Of a stretch of DNA of 64,000 bases, positions 10,776-20,289 are shown one piece after another. A model generated the notes under the pieces. The model was not told the origin of the DNA. It saw only the letters and a list, made by a program, of their open reading frames with translations, and ran no database searches. This DNA comes from Candidatus Hydrothermales bacterium (lineage in GTDB: Bacteria > Hydrothermota > Hydrothermia > Hydrothermales > JAJRUZ01): contig JBCNUW010000001.1 of assembly GCA_039630575.1 (NCBI GenBank), forward strand, positions 64,659-128,658, read 5' to 3'. Position numbers and translations under genes: made by a program. Each line of letters starts with the position of its first letter. Within the stretch, counting starts at the first letter, position 1.

Positions 10776-11777
10776 ATGAAAATAAAAGATTTAGCAAAAA
10801 TTTTAAATGGTGAAGTTTTAGGAACCGAAGAATTAGAAATTATTGGTGTATCACCACCTGATGAAAATACTGAAGGGTACATATCTGTTTTGTTTGAAAA
10901 AAAATATGAAAATAGAAATTATTTTGCTGTTTTAACGTCAAAGGAATTTTTAAAGAATATAAACTTTAAAAGTGCTATTGTTGTTGAAAAACCCAGAGAA
11001 AAAATGTTAGAGCTTTTAAGTTTATTTGAAGAAAAAGAAGAAAAGAGAGAAAAGATACACGAAACTGCAATCATTTCAAGAGGAGCTGAAATTGAAAGTG
11101 GAGTTTATATCGGACCTTACTGCATAATAGAAAATAATGTCAAAATAAAAAAAGGAGTTAAACTTTTAGCTTTCGTTTATGTGGGTAAAAACTCTTTTAT
11201 AGATGAAGATACTTTAATATTTCCATTCGTCTCTATTGAAAAAAATGTTAAGATTGGAAAAAGATGTATTATCCATTCAGGAACTGTAATAGGCTCAGAT
11301 GGATTTGGTTATGAAAAAAGAGATGGTAAAGTTGTGAAAATTCCACAAATTGGATGGGTTAATATAAAAGATGATGTTGAAATAGGGGCAAATGTTTGCA
11401 TTGATAGAGCAGTAATTGGAGAGACAACTCTTGAAAATGAAGTAAAGATTGATAATTTAGTTCAGATTGCCCATAACGTTAAAATTGGGGAAAGAACTCT
11501 TATTGCATCTCAGACAGGTATAGCCGGAAGCTCAAAAATAGGAAAAGATTGTTTAATTGCTGGACAGGTAGGGATAAAAGATCATGTGAGAGTTGGAGAT
11601 AGAGTAATTTTAACAGCCCAAACAGGAGTTTCAAAAGATGTTCCCGAAGGAAAAATTTATTCAGGATATTTTGCAAGAGACCATAGCATTGTTTTAAAAG
11701 CAATGAACATTCTTTATGAGCTTCCTTTTTATTGGGAAAAAATAAAAAAGTTACTTAAAAATAATATTAAGTCTTGA
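10776..11777 (+). CDS. lpxD: UDP-3-O-acylglucosamine N-acyltransferase
   Basis: Hexapeptide repeats, [26 protein letters not shown]. Confidence 0.95.
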   Translation: MKIKDLAKILNGEVLGTEELEIIGVSPPDENTEGYISVLFEKKYENRNYFAVLTSKEFLKNINFKSAIVVEKPREKMLELLSLFEEKEEKREKIHETAIISRGAEIESGVYIGPYCIIENNVKIKKGVKLLAFVYVGKNSFIDEDTLIFPFVSIEKNVKIGKRCIIHSGTVIGSDGFGYEKRDGKVVKIPQIGWVNIKDDVEIGANVCIDRAVIGETTLENEVKIDNLVQIAHNVKIGERTLIASQTGIAGSSKIGKDCLIAGQVGIKDHVRVGDRVILTAQTGVSKDVPEGKIYSGYFARDHSIVLKAMNILYELPFYWEKIKKLLKNNIKS

Positions 11778-11810
11778 AAGAAAAAGTTTATAAATTTTAT
11801 AATTTTAACA

Positions 11811-12233
11811 ATGGATGAAGTACAAATATTATTAAGACTTTTTTTATCCTTTGTTTTAGCAGGAATAATAGGAATAGAAAGGGAGCTTTCTGGTAAGGTT
11901 GCTGGTTTGCGGACACACATGCTTGTTGGCTTAGGTTCTACAGTTTATGCAATAGTATCAATTATGGTTCACTCTGAAAGAGGTATAGTTGATCCCTCAA
12001 GAGTAGCAGCTCAAGTTGTATCAGGTATAGGATTTATAGGAGCAGGAGCGATTTTTAGAGATGAGGATAGAGTAAGGGGTCTAACTACAGCATCAGATAT
12101 ATGGGTTATGGGTGCAATAGGTCTTTCAGTAGGATTAGGTTATTTTTTGCTTGCCGCACTTTCCACATTTCTTGTGCTTATAGTTTTAATAGGCGGTGCT
12201 TGGATTGAAAAAAAAGCTCTGAAGACAAAGTGA
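11811..12233 (+). CDS. MgtC/SapB family membrane protein
   Basis: IGIERE, AGLRTH, RVAAQVVSGIGFIGAG, GLTTA. Confidence 0.93.
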   Translation: MDEVQILLRLFLSFVLAGIIGIERELSGKVAGLRTHMLVGLGSTVYAIVSIMVHSERGIVDPSRVAAQVVSGIGFIGAGAIFRDEDRVRGLTTASDIWVMGAIGLSVGLGYFLLAALSTFLVLIVLIGGAWIEKKALKTK

Positions 12234-13174
12234 TAGAGATCATATTAAAAGGGACAATTTATTTAGTTTTTCTAATTGGAATTGCAGCTTATCTTACATA
12301 TTTTGAAAGAAAGTTTCTTGCTTGGTTCCAAAATAGAATAGGTCCAAACAGAGCAGGACCAGCAGGAATCTTTCAGCCTCTTGCTGACGCAATAAAGTTA
12401 TTCTTAAAAGAAGATATAACCCCTTCAAAAATTACTTCAAAATTTTTATATTTTATAGCTCCACTTTTAGTGAGCTCTTTTGCAGTTTCTCAGTTCTTTT
12501 TAATACCACTTTTTCCAGAAGGTCCTTTTCCCGATATAAACTTTGGTATCTTACTTTTATTAGTTTTATCTTCAATTAGCCTCTATGGTATAATCTTTGG
12601 TGGATTTTCTTCAACAAGTAAATATTCTGTAATAGGTGGAATAAGAGGAGTGTTGATGTTAATTTCTTATGAAACAGCTCTTCTTTTAACTCTTATAAGT
12701 ATTTCTTATCAAGCAGGTAGTTTCTCTTTAAGAGAAATAGTGGAAGCACAAAAAATTCCCTTTATTTTCCCTCAGATAATAGGTTTTTTTGTTTTTTTAA
12801 TTACAGGATTCATGGAGACAAAAAGACTACCTTTTGATATACCTGAAGCAGAATCAGAATTAACAGGAGGTTTCCACACAGAATACAGTTCCATTAAATT
12901 TGCTTTTTTCTTTCTCGGTGAGTATCTTCACATATTACTTATTTCTTCATTAATTGTTACTTTTTATCTTGCTGGATGGAAATTTCCCTTTTTACCTCCT
13001 TTTTTTGCTTTTATTTTAAAAGTGACTCCTTTTATTTTCTTTTTTATTTGGGTGAGAGCTTCATTACCAAGGTTTAGATTCACCGATTCTTTAGAAATTG
13101 GGTGGAAAATTTTGCTCCCACTTTCTTTCTTAAATCTTTTAATAACAACTTTTTGGGTTTCTATAAAAGGTTAA
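12230..13174 (+). CDS. nuoH: NADH-quinone oxidoreductase subunit H (isolated copy)
   Basis: ERK..QxRxGPN, QPLADAIKLFxKE, SYE, RLPFDxPEAESEL, PRFR. Confidence 0.92.
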   Translation: MIEIILKGTIYLVFLIGIAAYLTYFERKFLAWFQNRIGPNRAGPAGIFQPLADAIKLFLKEDITPSKITSKFLYFIAPLLVSSFAVSQFFLIPLFPEGPFPDINFGILLLLVLSSISLYGIIFGGFSSTSKYSVIGGIRGVLMLISYETALLLTLISISYQAGSFSLREIVEAQKIPFIFPQIIGFFVFLITGFMETKRLPFDIPEAESELTGGFHTEYSSIKFAFFFLGEYLHILLISSLIVTFYLAGWKFPFLPPFFAFILKVTPFIFFFIWVRASLPRFRFTDSLEIGWKILLPLSFLNLLITTFWVSIKG

Positions 13175-13179
13175 CGAAA

Positions 13180-13908
13180 ATGTTAGAAAACAAAGTTTCT
13201 ATTGTAACAGGTGCAAGTGACGGTATTGGGAGAAGTATAGCAATCACCCTTTGCAAATATGGCGCAAAGGTAATTGGTTTAGGGAGAAATGAGGAGAAAT
13301 TGAAAGAAACTTTCAGTCATATAGATAGAGGTTTTTTTTATAAATGTGATCTTTCAAAGAAAGAGGACATTGAAAATTTCATAAATGAAATAGTAAAAAA
13401 AGAAGAAAAAGTTGACATATTAGTAAATAATGCTGGAATAACAAGGGATAATTTAATTATAAGATTAAAGGAAGAGGACTTTACCCAGGTAGTTGAGGTG
13501 AATTTAAAAGCTATTTTTATACTTTCAAGAGAAATTGCAAGGATTATGTTAAAACAGAAAAGTGGAGTTATCATAAACATATCTTCTGTTGTTGGGTTAA
13601 TGGGTAATGCTGGGCAAGTAGTGTATTCTCTTACAAAAGGTGGAATTGTATCATTCACAAAGTCATTAGCAAAAGAGCTTGGAGGAAGGAATATAAGGGT
13701 CGTAGCAGTTGCTCCTGGTTACATAGAGACAAAAATGACAGAGATGTTGCCAGATGAAATAAAAAAAAGATATATAGAGAGTATACCTTTAAAGAGAGCT
13801 GGTAAACCGGAAGAGGTGGCAGAGTTAGTTGCTTTTCTTGCATCTGATAAGGCAAGCTATATTACCGGAACAACTGTTGTAATTGACGGTGGAATGTCTG
13901 GTTTTTAA
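13180..13908 (+). CDS. fabG: 3-oxoacyl-ACP reductase
   Basis: TGASxGIG, NNAGITRD, YxxxK, GNAGQ; start placed at ATG 13180. Confidence 0.9.
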   Translation: MLENKVSIVTGASDGIGRSIAITLCKYGAKVIGLGRNEEKLKETFSHIDRGFFYKCDLSKKEDIENFINEIVKKEEKVDILVNNAGITRDNLIIRLKEEDFTQVVEVNLKAIFILSREIARIMLKQKSGVIINISSVVGLMGNAGQVVYSLTKGGIVSFTKSLAKELGGRNIRVVAVAPGYIETKMTEMLPDEIKKRYIESIPLKRAGKPEEVAELVAFLASDKASYITGTTVVIDGGMSGF

Positions 13909-13909
13909 T

Positions 13910-15130
13910 ATGCTTTTAAAATTTTTTTTATTTTTTCAATATATCTTGATACCAATGGACGGGGTTCAAACTGACCATTTAAAGGCGTATGGTATTGTAT
14001 ATAGATGTTTACAAAGAGGAATAAATTTTGACTGGCTTTTGAATTACAGGGGTGGTTCATTTATAGCTGAGTATTCAAGTGAGATTGAGGAAGAGTGTGT
14101 AAATAGCTCTGTTTTTTATGAATTGATAACAAATACTGTAGCTTCGAATATTTACACCTATGTGGAAGAGCACAACATGAATGCTTTGCGTCTTGAGGTT
14201 GCACCAAAACTTGCTGTTTATGCTCCTCCCTATACAGAACCTTGGGATGACGCGGTTGAGTTAGTTTTGAAATATACAAATGTACCCTATGACAGGATTT
14301 GGGACAATGAAATACTTGAGGGAAAGCTAGAAAAATACGATTGGCTTCATTTACATCATGAAGATTTTGCTGGTATGTATGGAAAATTTGAAATGGCTTA
14401 TGGTCATACTCCTTGGTATATAAGAATGAAAGAAACTGACAATGAAGTTGCCAAGAGATACGGATTTAAAAATGGACCACTAATGAAACAGGCAGTTGCT
14501 TTAAAAATTAAACAGTATGTAGAAAACGGTGGTTTTTTATTTTCAATGTGCTCAGGACCAATAACTCTTGATGTAGCTCTTGCTTCTGTAGGAATTGATA
14601 TATGGGATATACCTTACGATGGAACCCCCTTTGATCCTAATGCAAATAAAAAATTAAATTTTAAAAACACGATGGCATTTCATAATTTTGAAATTTACAT
14701 GAGCTACTTAAATGATGAAGTATCTGATATTGATGTTACAAGAGAAGCTGATATAAGGGGGCAAAATGTTTGCTTTAAATTATTTGAATTTTCTGCAAAG
14801 TATGATCCTATTCCTTCTCTTTTAACACAGAACCATGTAAATTGTGTGAGAGAATTTTTAGGTAGAGATACGGGTTTTAAAAGAGATAAATTAAAACCAT
14901 ACATAATTATTCTTGGAGAGGTAGAGAAAACCGAAGAAGTTAAGTACATTTATTCGAGTTTTGGAAAGGGCTTTTTTACTTTTTATGGAGGTCATGATCC
15001 AGAAGATTTTAAACATTTTGTTGGTGACCCTCCAACTGACCTTTCGAAGCATAAAAACTCACCTGGTTATAGATTAATTTTAAATAATATACTTTTCCCA
15101 GCGGCACAACCTCAAAAATTAAAGACATAA
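13910..15130 (+). CDS. Conserved protein of the family often labelled 'asparagine synthetase B'; probable class I GATase-like fold, function unknown
   Basis: LIPMDxxQxxHLKAYG, WLLNYRGGSF, DWLHLHHEDF, GGFLFSMCS, GHDPED motifs recalled from this family; hydrophobic N-terminus. Confidence 0.6.
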   Translation: MLLKFFLFFQYILIPMDGVQTDHLKAYGIVYRCLQRGINFDWLLNYRGGSFIAEYSSEIEEECVNSSVFYELITNTVASNIYTYVEEHNMNALRLEVAPKLAVYAPPYTEPWDDAVELVLKYTNVPYDRIWDNEILEGKLEKYDWLHLHHEDFAGMYGKFEMAYGHTPWYIRMKETDNEVAKRYGFKNGPLMKQAVALKIKQYVENGGFLFSMCSGPITLDVALASVGIDIWDIPYDGTPFDPNANKKLNFKNTMAFHNFEIYMSYLNDEVSDIDVTREADIRGQNVCFKLFEFSAKYDPIPSLLTQNHVNCVREFLGRDTGFKRDKLKPYIIILGEVEKTEEVKYIYSSFGKGFFTFYGGHDPEDFKHFVGDPPTDLSKHKNSPGYRLILNNILFPAAQPQKLKT

Positions 15131-15966
15131 ATAAGGGAACTTTTGACTCCGAGGAATGGAGAAACTGCTTTAACTTTTTAAAAAATAGAAAATGGATTTG
15201 GATAGGTAGTGAAAATGAAGGTTTTTATGCTCTTGAAACAAAAAAGTTATTTTTTAAAGTCTATGAGTCTGGATGGAAAGGCACATTTATTTCAGGAAAA
15301 AATTTAAAGGATAAAAGACCAGAAGACTTTTTACCTTATTTTAAAAAATTTACTCTCAAAATTGTTATTAATGATTATTATAAATTACTCAAGGAAAGTA
15401 AAACTTTTAAGATTTACTGGCAAACAGCATATGTTATAGATAAAAAGACAGAAGAAGAACTTTTTAGAAATTACAAAAAGTCTTTAAGAGAGGATATCAA
15501 AAGAGGAGAAAAGTATGGACTTTTTTTTAAAGAATTAGAGATTCATCATCTTTTGGAATTTTATAAAATTTATAGATTTACGACAAAAAAACATAAAGCA
15601 GAAGTTATTCCTTTTTCTTTAATAGAAAACATTTATAAATATTTGAAAAATAAAGGTCTTTCAAATTTTTATGGAGTTTTTCTAAGTGAAGAACTCCTTT
15701 CGGGAGTAATAGTAGTATATCCAGAAGAAAAAACAGTTTTAGCTTTAATACAGGGCACATCAGAGAAAGGTTATAAACTTGAAGCCTCTTCTTTTATCTT
15801 TCACAACATAATAAAAAGAGAGTTTGAAAGAGGAAAAGAAATATTTTCATTTGGTTCAAACCCAAAAGATAAAAAAGATTTAATTTTTTTTAAAAAAAAA
15901 TTTGGAGTAAGAGATTACATTTATCCAGTTTATATTTGGTATAATCCCTGGTATACTGAAATTTGA
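15127..15966 (+). CDS. FemAB-like GNAT acyltransferase (~279 aa), probable ATA start
   Basis: Frame open from 15088; the part upstream of the tracked ORF encodes TFDSEEW and EELFRNYKKSLREDIKRGEKYG; C-terminal FSFG...LIFFKKKFG; no ATG/GTG/TTG before 15553. Confidence 0.7.
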   Translation: MNKGTFDSEEWRNCFNFLKNRKWIWIGSENEGFYALETKKLFFKVYESGWKGTFISGKNLKDKRPEDFLPYFKKFTLKIVINDYYKLLKESKTFKIYWQTAYVIDKKTEEELFRNYKKSLREDIKRGEKYGLFFKELEIHHLLEFYKIYRFTTKKHKAEVIPFSLIENIYKYLKNKGLSNFYGVFLSEELLSGVIVVYPEEKTVLALIQGTSEKGYKLEASSFIFHNIIKREFERGKEIFSFGSNPKDKKDLIFFKKKFGVRDYIYPVYIWYNPWYTEI

Positions 15967-15969
15967 TCT

Positions 15970-16395
15970 CTAATAAAAAGAGTTAAAAATTTCACTCTCA
16001 AGTTCTCTTTTTGTCTCATCAACAATTTTAATCTTAATAGTTATAGGAAAAGGGAAGTTTATGTTCTTTACTTTTTCAGGCCATTCAACTAAAAAAATTG
16101 CATTTTCTTCAATTAGTTCGGATAAATTCAACTTTTCCTCTAAGTCTTTAATCTCAGTCCTATATAAATCAATATGATATATTTTTCCTCCAGGAATGTT
16201 ATATTCATAGACATATAAAAATGAGGGACTTCTAACTGTATTATAACCAAAGTAAGATAAAATACCTCTAATTAAAGTAGTTTTTCCTGAACCTAAAGAA
16301 CCTTCAATTAAAATACTTGAAGGCATTTTGATTTTTTTTGCTATTTTATAACCTAGATCGAAAGTTTCTTCAGGTGAGTTTGTTCTGATTTTCAT
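15970..16395 (-). CDS. tsaE: t6A biosynthesis ATPase
   Basis: GSLGSGKTT, VRSPSF, YHIDLYR, VEWPE. Confidence 0.95.
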   Translation of the reverse strand: MKIRTNSPEETFDLGYKIAKKIKMPSSILIEGSLGSGKTTLIRGILSYFGYNTVRSPSFLYVYEYNIPGGKIYHIDLYRTEIKDLEEKLNLSELIEENAIFLVEWPEKVKNINFPFPITIKIKIVDETKRELESEIFNSFY

Positions 16396-17110
16396 TTTTT
16401 AAATATCTAATGTATAAAGCATATAAAGTCAGATAGGGAAAAAGTTTAGAATTTTTAAAAAATTTTTTAAAATATAAACTTCCACCTCCTGTTAGTATTA
16501 CCTTAAAATCCCTTAGTTTATATTTATTTTTAACCTTGTTCAATATTGACTCAATTCCTAATATAAGAACATTTTTTATTCCATAATTTACGCATTCGTC
16601 AGTACTTTTACCGATTAATTTTATATCTTTATATATTTTATTTACCTTTAAAAGAGCAGTTTTTTCATTCAATGTGTCAATCTGTGTTTCAAAAGATGGT
16701 ATTATAAGTCCTCCTTTAAAATCACCATTTTTAAAAGCTACATCTAAAGTTATAGCAGTTCCAAAGTCAATAACTATCACATCTTTTTTGAATAAATTTA
16801 TTGCACCGAATATGTTAACTAATCTATCTATACCCAGTTTCTCTTTATTTTTATAAGGATTTTTTATTTCCCTAAAATTATCATGTGTTAAAAATTTTAT
16901 ATTAAATCTTTCTCTTATTTTCTTTTCTATAAACGGTACAACAGAGATAGCGTATATAGGTGAGCTCTTATATTTTTTTAAAAATTTTTCAATTAATTTT
17001 AAAGAATTTTCTTTTTTATCAATCTCAATCTGTGGTTTTTCTTTTAAAGATTTAAAATATCCTATTTTTATATTTCTATTACCAATATCAACACATAGAA
17101 GTTGGTTCAT
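16370..17110 (-). CDS. coaX: Type III pantothenate kinase
   Basis: DIGN, LGIDR, DFGTAIT, GGLIxP, TGG; follows birA. Confidence 0.92.
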   Translation of the reverse strand: MNQLLCVDIGNRNIKIGYFKSLKEKPQIEIDKKENSLKLIEKFLKKYKSSPIYAISVVPFIEKKIRERFNIKFLTHDNFREIKNPYKNKEKLGIDRLVNIFGAINLFKKDVIVIDFGTAITLDVAFKNGDFKGGLIIPSFETQIDTLNEKTALLKVNKIYKDIKLIGKSTDECVNYGIKNVLILGIESILNKVKNKYKLRDFKVILTGGGSLYFKKFFKNSKLFPYLTLYALYIRYLKNENQNKLT

Positions 17111-17801
17111 CAACAAATCTTAAATTAAAAATCTCAAAAAGTGAAAAAGAAAAAGATCCCTCATTTAAATCAACTTTAATTTTAAAATCTTTGTCTAGTT
17201 CTCTAAGAAAGCCTTTATAAATTTCATTATTGTACAGGAATTGAACCCATTTTTTTACTATTAAATTTTTAGAATATTTTTCATAAAGTAAATCAAAGTC
17301 CCAATTTGCCACATCTAAAACTGTGTTGACAATCCTTCTTTTCAAATAGCTAAGATCAAATTTCTTCCCTGTCAACAGGTAGAGTGAGGAGGCTTCGTTG
17401 AGATTTTCAGGGAATTTTTGAGTATTTACATTTATTCCTATGCCACATATAAAATTATCTTCTGTTTTTTCAATCAATATACCACATACTTTTTTATCTT
17501 TTACCAGTATATCATTTGGAATTCTTATAAATGGTTTTAAGTAAAATTCTTTTAACACTTCTTCTATAAGATTAAAAGCAGATATAGAGGTTATTAAAAA
17601 AATTTTTTTTTCATCCTTCACATTCGGTAAGTAAAAGGAAACATACAAACCTCCTTTTGGTGAAAAGAAGATATTTTTGCCTCTCCCTTTTCCCTTTATT
17701 TGCTTATCTGCAAAAACAAATACTACTTTTTCATTTTTTATATATTTTCTTATAAAATCCTGAGTTGAAAAAATTTCTTCAAGCTCAATTATTTCGATCA
17801 T
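17088..17801 (-). CDS. birA: Biotin-protein ligase (no HTH domain)
   Basis: QxxGKGR, SPxGGLY, PNDI, KVCGIL, GIGIN; start placed at ATG 17801. Confidence 0.9.
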   Translation of the reverse strand: MIEIIELEEIFSTQDFIRKYIKNEKVVFVFADKQIKGKGRGKNIFFSPKGGLYVSFYLPNVKDEKKIFLITSISAFNLIEEVLKEFYLKPFIRIPNDILVKDKKVCGILIEKTEDNFICGIGINVNTQKFPENLNEASSLYLLTGKKFDLSYLKRRIVNTVLDVANWDFDLLYEKYSKNLIVKKWVQFLYNNEIYKGFLRELDKDFKIKVDLNEGSFSFSLFEIFNLRFVDEPTSMC

Positions 17802-18684
17802 TTTTTTCTCTTGGGTGAGTATTTTTATAAATTCTTTTGATTTCTCTGATTGAAAGGTTTGTATAAATCTCTGTTGTTGTAAGGGAAGCGTGCCCAAGAA
17901 GTTCTTGAATACTTTTTAAATCTGCTCCATGATCAAGGAGATGTGTAGCAAAGGCATGTCTCAGAAGATGAGGGTGAACTCCAGAAAGATTCGCTCTCTT
18001 TAAAAAAATTTCTCTAACCAACTTTCTAAGTCCAAAGTAAGAAAGAGGATTACCCTTTATTGTAGTAAATAGATATTCAGTATTTATACCTAAATTTTTT
18101 CTTTTTTCTAAAAATTTTTTCAACAAATCAAAAGTTTTTTCAGGAATGGGGAGCAATCTCATCTTATTTCCTTTACCTTTTATTCTCACCTCTTTCAATC
18201 CCATTGAGATATCATTTAACTTAATATTTAAGAGTTCACTTGATCTTATCCCAAGTCCATACAGAAATTCTATCATTAATTTGTTTCTAATCTCCAAAAA
18301 ATCTTCAGGTTCCCATTTATCAAGTAACTTTTTTATTATTTCTTCAGGAATTGTATCTGGTAATTCTTTTTCAAGTTTGGGAATATGTATTCCATTTACA
18401 GGATTTTCAACTATTTTATTTTCTCTTATTAAAAATTTGTAAAAAGTTCTAAGAGAAGATATTTTTCTGGCTATTGACTTTTTTTTGTAACCGTATTTTA
18501 AAAGGTCTGCAAAGTATTCTCTTAAATGAATTCTTTCAATTTTTTCGGGTTCTGTAATTTTATACTTTTCTTCTGTATATTCAAAAAATAAAACTATATC
18601 TTTCTTATAAGAGTTTATAGTGTTTTCAGAGTAATTTTTTAAATATTTAAGTCTTGACAAAAAAGAATCTAAGTACTTAATCAA
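17785..18684 (-). CDS. xerC: Tyrosine recombinase XerC/XerD (chromosomal type)
   Basis: GIRxSEL, GKGNKxR, HPHxLRHxFATHLL, LGH, TEIY; housekeeping context. Confidence 0.85.
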   Translation of the reverse strand: MIKYLDSFLSRLKYLKNYSENTINSYKKDIVLFFEYTEEKYKITEPEKIERIHLREYFADLLKYGYKKKSIARKISSLRTFYKFLIRENKIVENPVNGIHIPKLEKELPDTIPEEIIKKLLDKWEPEDFLEIRNKLMIEFLYGLGIRSSELLNIKLNDISMGLKEVRIKGKGNKMRLLPIPEKTFDLLKKFLEKRKNLGINTEYLFTTIKGNPLSYFGLRKLVREIFLKRANLSGVHPHLLRHAFATHLLDHGADLKSIQELLGHASLTTTEIYTNLSIREIKRIYKNTHPREKNDRNN

Positions 18685-19003
18685 CCTTTGGTTTTGTTAT
18701 AAGTCTTTTCGGTTCAACAAGCATAATTATAGAGGGATTGTTAGCCCTTGATCTGTGTCTTGTTCCCTTTTTTACAAGTAGTCCTTCTCCTTCCTTTAAA
18801 TTATAAGTTCTTTCTTCAGTATCAATATAAATTTCTCCCTTTAAAACTATAAACAGCTCGTCGCCTTCGTTGTGGGTATGAAAAGGGAACTCCCCTTGTA
18901 TCATTGCCACTCTGACAGCTACATCTTCTATTGTGGCTATTTCAAAGGGAATCCAAAATTCTTCTTTTTTCTCAAAAATTTTAAAAATCTGTATTTTCTC
19001 CAT
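18677..19003 (-). CDS. Cupin domain protein
   Basis: GEFxxHxHxxxDELF and HR cupin motifs. Confidence 0.85.
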   Translation of the reverse strand: MEKIQIFKIFEKKEEFWIPFEIATIEDVAVRVAMIQGEFPFHTHNEGDELFIVLKGEIYIDTEERTYNLKEGEGLLVKKGTRHRSRANNPSIIMLVEPKRLITKPKVD

Positions 19004-19565
19004 TTTCAAATTTAATCTCTAATTTTTCAATTTTAATTGTAACTTTAAGGTTCTTCGTATAAATAAATATATTATAAGGAATTTCTTCTTTCCAATCAAC
19101 ACTTATATTAAAATCTGGAAACCTTAATTCACTCATTTTTATTGCTTCATTAAAGGTAATTTCAATTCCGCCCTCCAGTCTAAAAATGTATTTATCTTTT
19201 TTGTAAAGGGCTTCAATAACTTTTGTATTTCTTAGATAATTAAGGGGAGAGTAGAAAATTTTTGTAAGTAAAAGAATTTTTTCGTTTAAGTGACCTTCAT
19301 ATTTTTCTGTTCCAAAGGGAGAATATAAAAAAAGTAAGGCTCTTGTGGAGTCTGCTTCAAACTTGAATTTACCTTTAAAAGTATAATCGTTTGAAAGAGT
19401 TAAATCACCCTTAGATCTTAGAAAATTAAATTTTCCCCTGTGGTTTTTTTCAAGGAAATAGTAAAATTTTTCGTAAGGGTTTTCTATCTTTATGGATTTT
19501 GCACAGTTCAGTAATAAAAAGATTATAAGATTTAAAAATAATACTTTTATATTAAAATTTTTAAT
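18981..19565 (-). CDS. Unannotated 194-aa lipoprotein (possibly LolB/DUF4292-like), probable ATT start
   Basis: Stop-free frame directly after the pdxJ TAA; AGGAGG 9 nt upstream of ATT; signal peptide with LLNC lipobox; LYSPFG motif. Confidence 0.7.
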   Translation of the reverse strand: MKNFNIKVLFLNLIIFLLLNCAKSIKIENPYEKFYYFLEKNHRGKFNFLRSKGDLTLSNDYTFKGKFKFEADSTRALLFLYSPFGTEKYEGHLNEKILLLTKIFYSPLNYLRNTKVIEALYKKDKYIFRLEGGIEITFNEAIKMSELRFPDFNISVDWKEEIPYNIFIYTKNLKVTIKIEKLEIKFENGENTDF

Positions 19566-20288
19566 TTAGAGGTTCCTCCTTGAAAGAATTTCTCTATATT
19601 CTTTTACCACACTATAGAGACCTGAAAGGATACTATCGGCAACAATAGCAAACCCTATGGAAACTTCCTCTATTTCTTCAATTTCAAGCAGAGGAATAAG
19701 GTTTTGTCTTTTCAAGCCGTGACCAGCCTTAACTATAAGTCCTTTTGATTTTGCATATTTAGCTGATTTTTTAAGTCTTTTAAGTTCCTGTTCTTTTTTT
19801 TCTCCTTTCGCTATTACATATGAATTTGTATTTAATTCAACAGCATCTGATTCTAATTCTTTTGCAATTTCGATCATTTCTTCATCGGGTTCAATAAAAA
19901 GGCTAACTTTAATTCCGGCTTTTTTTAGCTTTTCTATTGATTCTTTGATCTCCAGTTTAACTTTTTTAAGATCAAGTCCGCCTTCAGTTGTAACTTCTCC
20001 TTCTCTTTCAGGGACCAAAGTTACCCAGTCTGGTTTAACTTTTAAGGCAAAATCCACATACTGTGAACACATCTCTAAGTTCAATTCACCAGAAATATGT
20101 TTTTTAAGTTTTTCCACGTCTTCCTCTTTTATGTGTCTTTTGTCAAGTCTAATATGACAGGTTATTCCGCTTGCACCTGCTTGTTCTGCTATTATAGCAG
20201 CAATTAGGGGATCTGGAAAATTTTCTTTTCTTGCTTCCCGTAAAGTAGCTACATGGTCAACATTAACACTTAATCTTATTGGTTTCAT
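19566..20288 (-). CDS. pdxJ: Pyridoxine 5'-phosphate synthase
   Basis: VNVDHVATLREAR, HxRxDxRHI, LVPE, TTEGG, AGHGL. Confidence 0.96.
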   Translation of the reverse strand: MKPIRLSVNVDHVATLREARKENFPDPLIAAIIAEQAGASGITCHIRLDKRHIKEEDVEKLKKHISGELNLEMCSQYVDFALKVKPDWVTLVPEREGEVTTEGGLDLKKVKLEIKESIEKLKKAGIKVSLFIEPDEEMIEIAKELESDAVELNTNSYVIAKGEKKEQELKRLKKSAKYAKSKGLIVKAGHGLKRQNLIPLLEIEEIEEVSIGFAIVADSILSGLYSVVKEYREILSRRNL

Positions 20289-20289
20289 T

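Noticed and set aside
13102..17897. Long N-terminal extensions given by the track for fabG and birA (also nadA and the 55369 ABC ATPase)
   Set aside because: They overlap upstream genes; downstream ATGs match the family N-termini
17785..18684. Tyrosine recombinase as an integrase or mobile element
   Set aside because: XerC/D length and motifs, overlaps housekeeping genes, no att repeats or cargo genes seen
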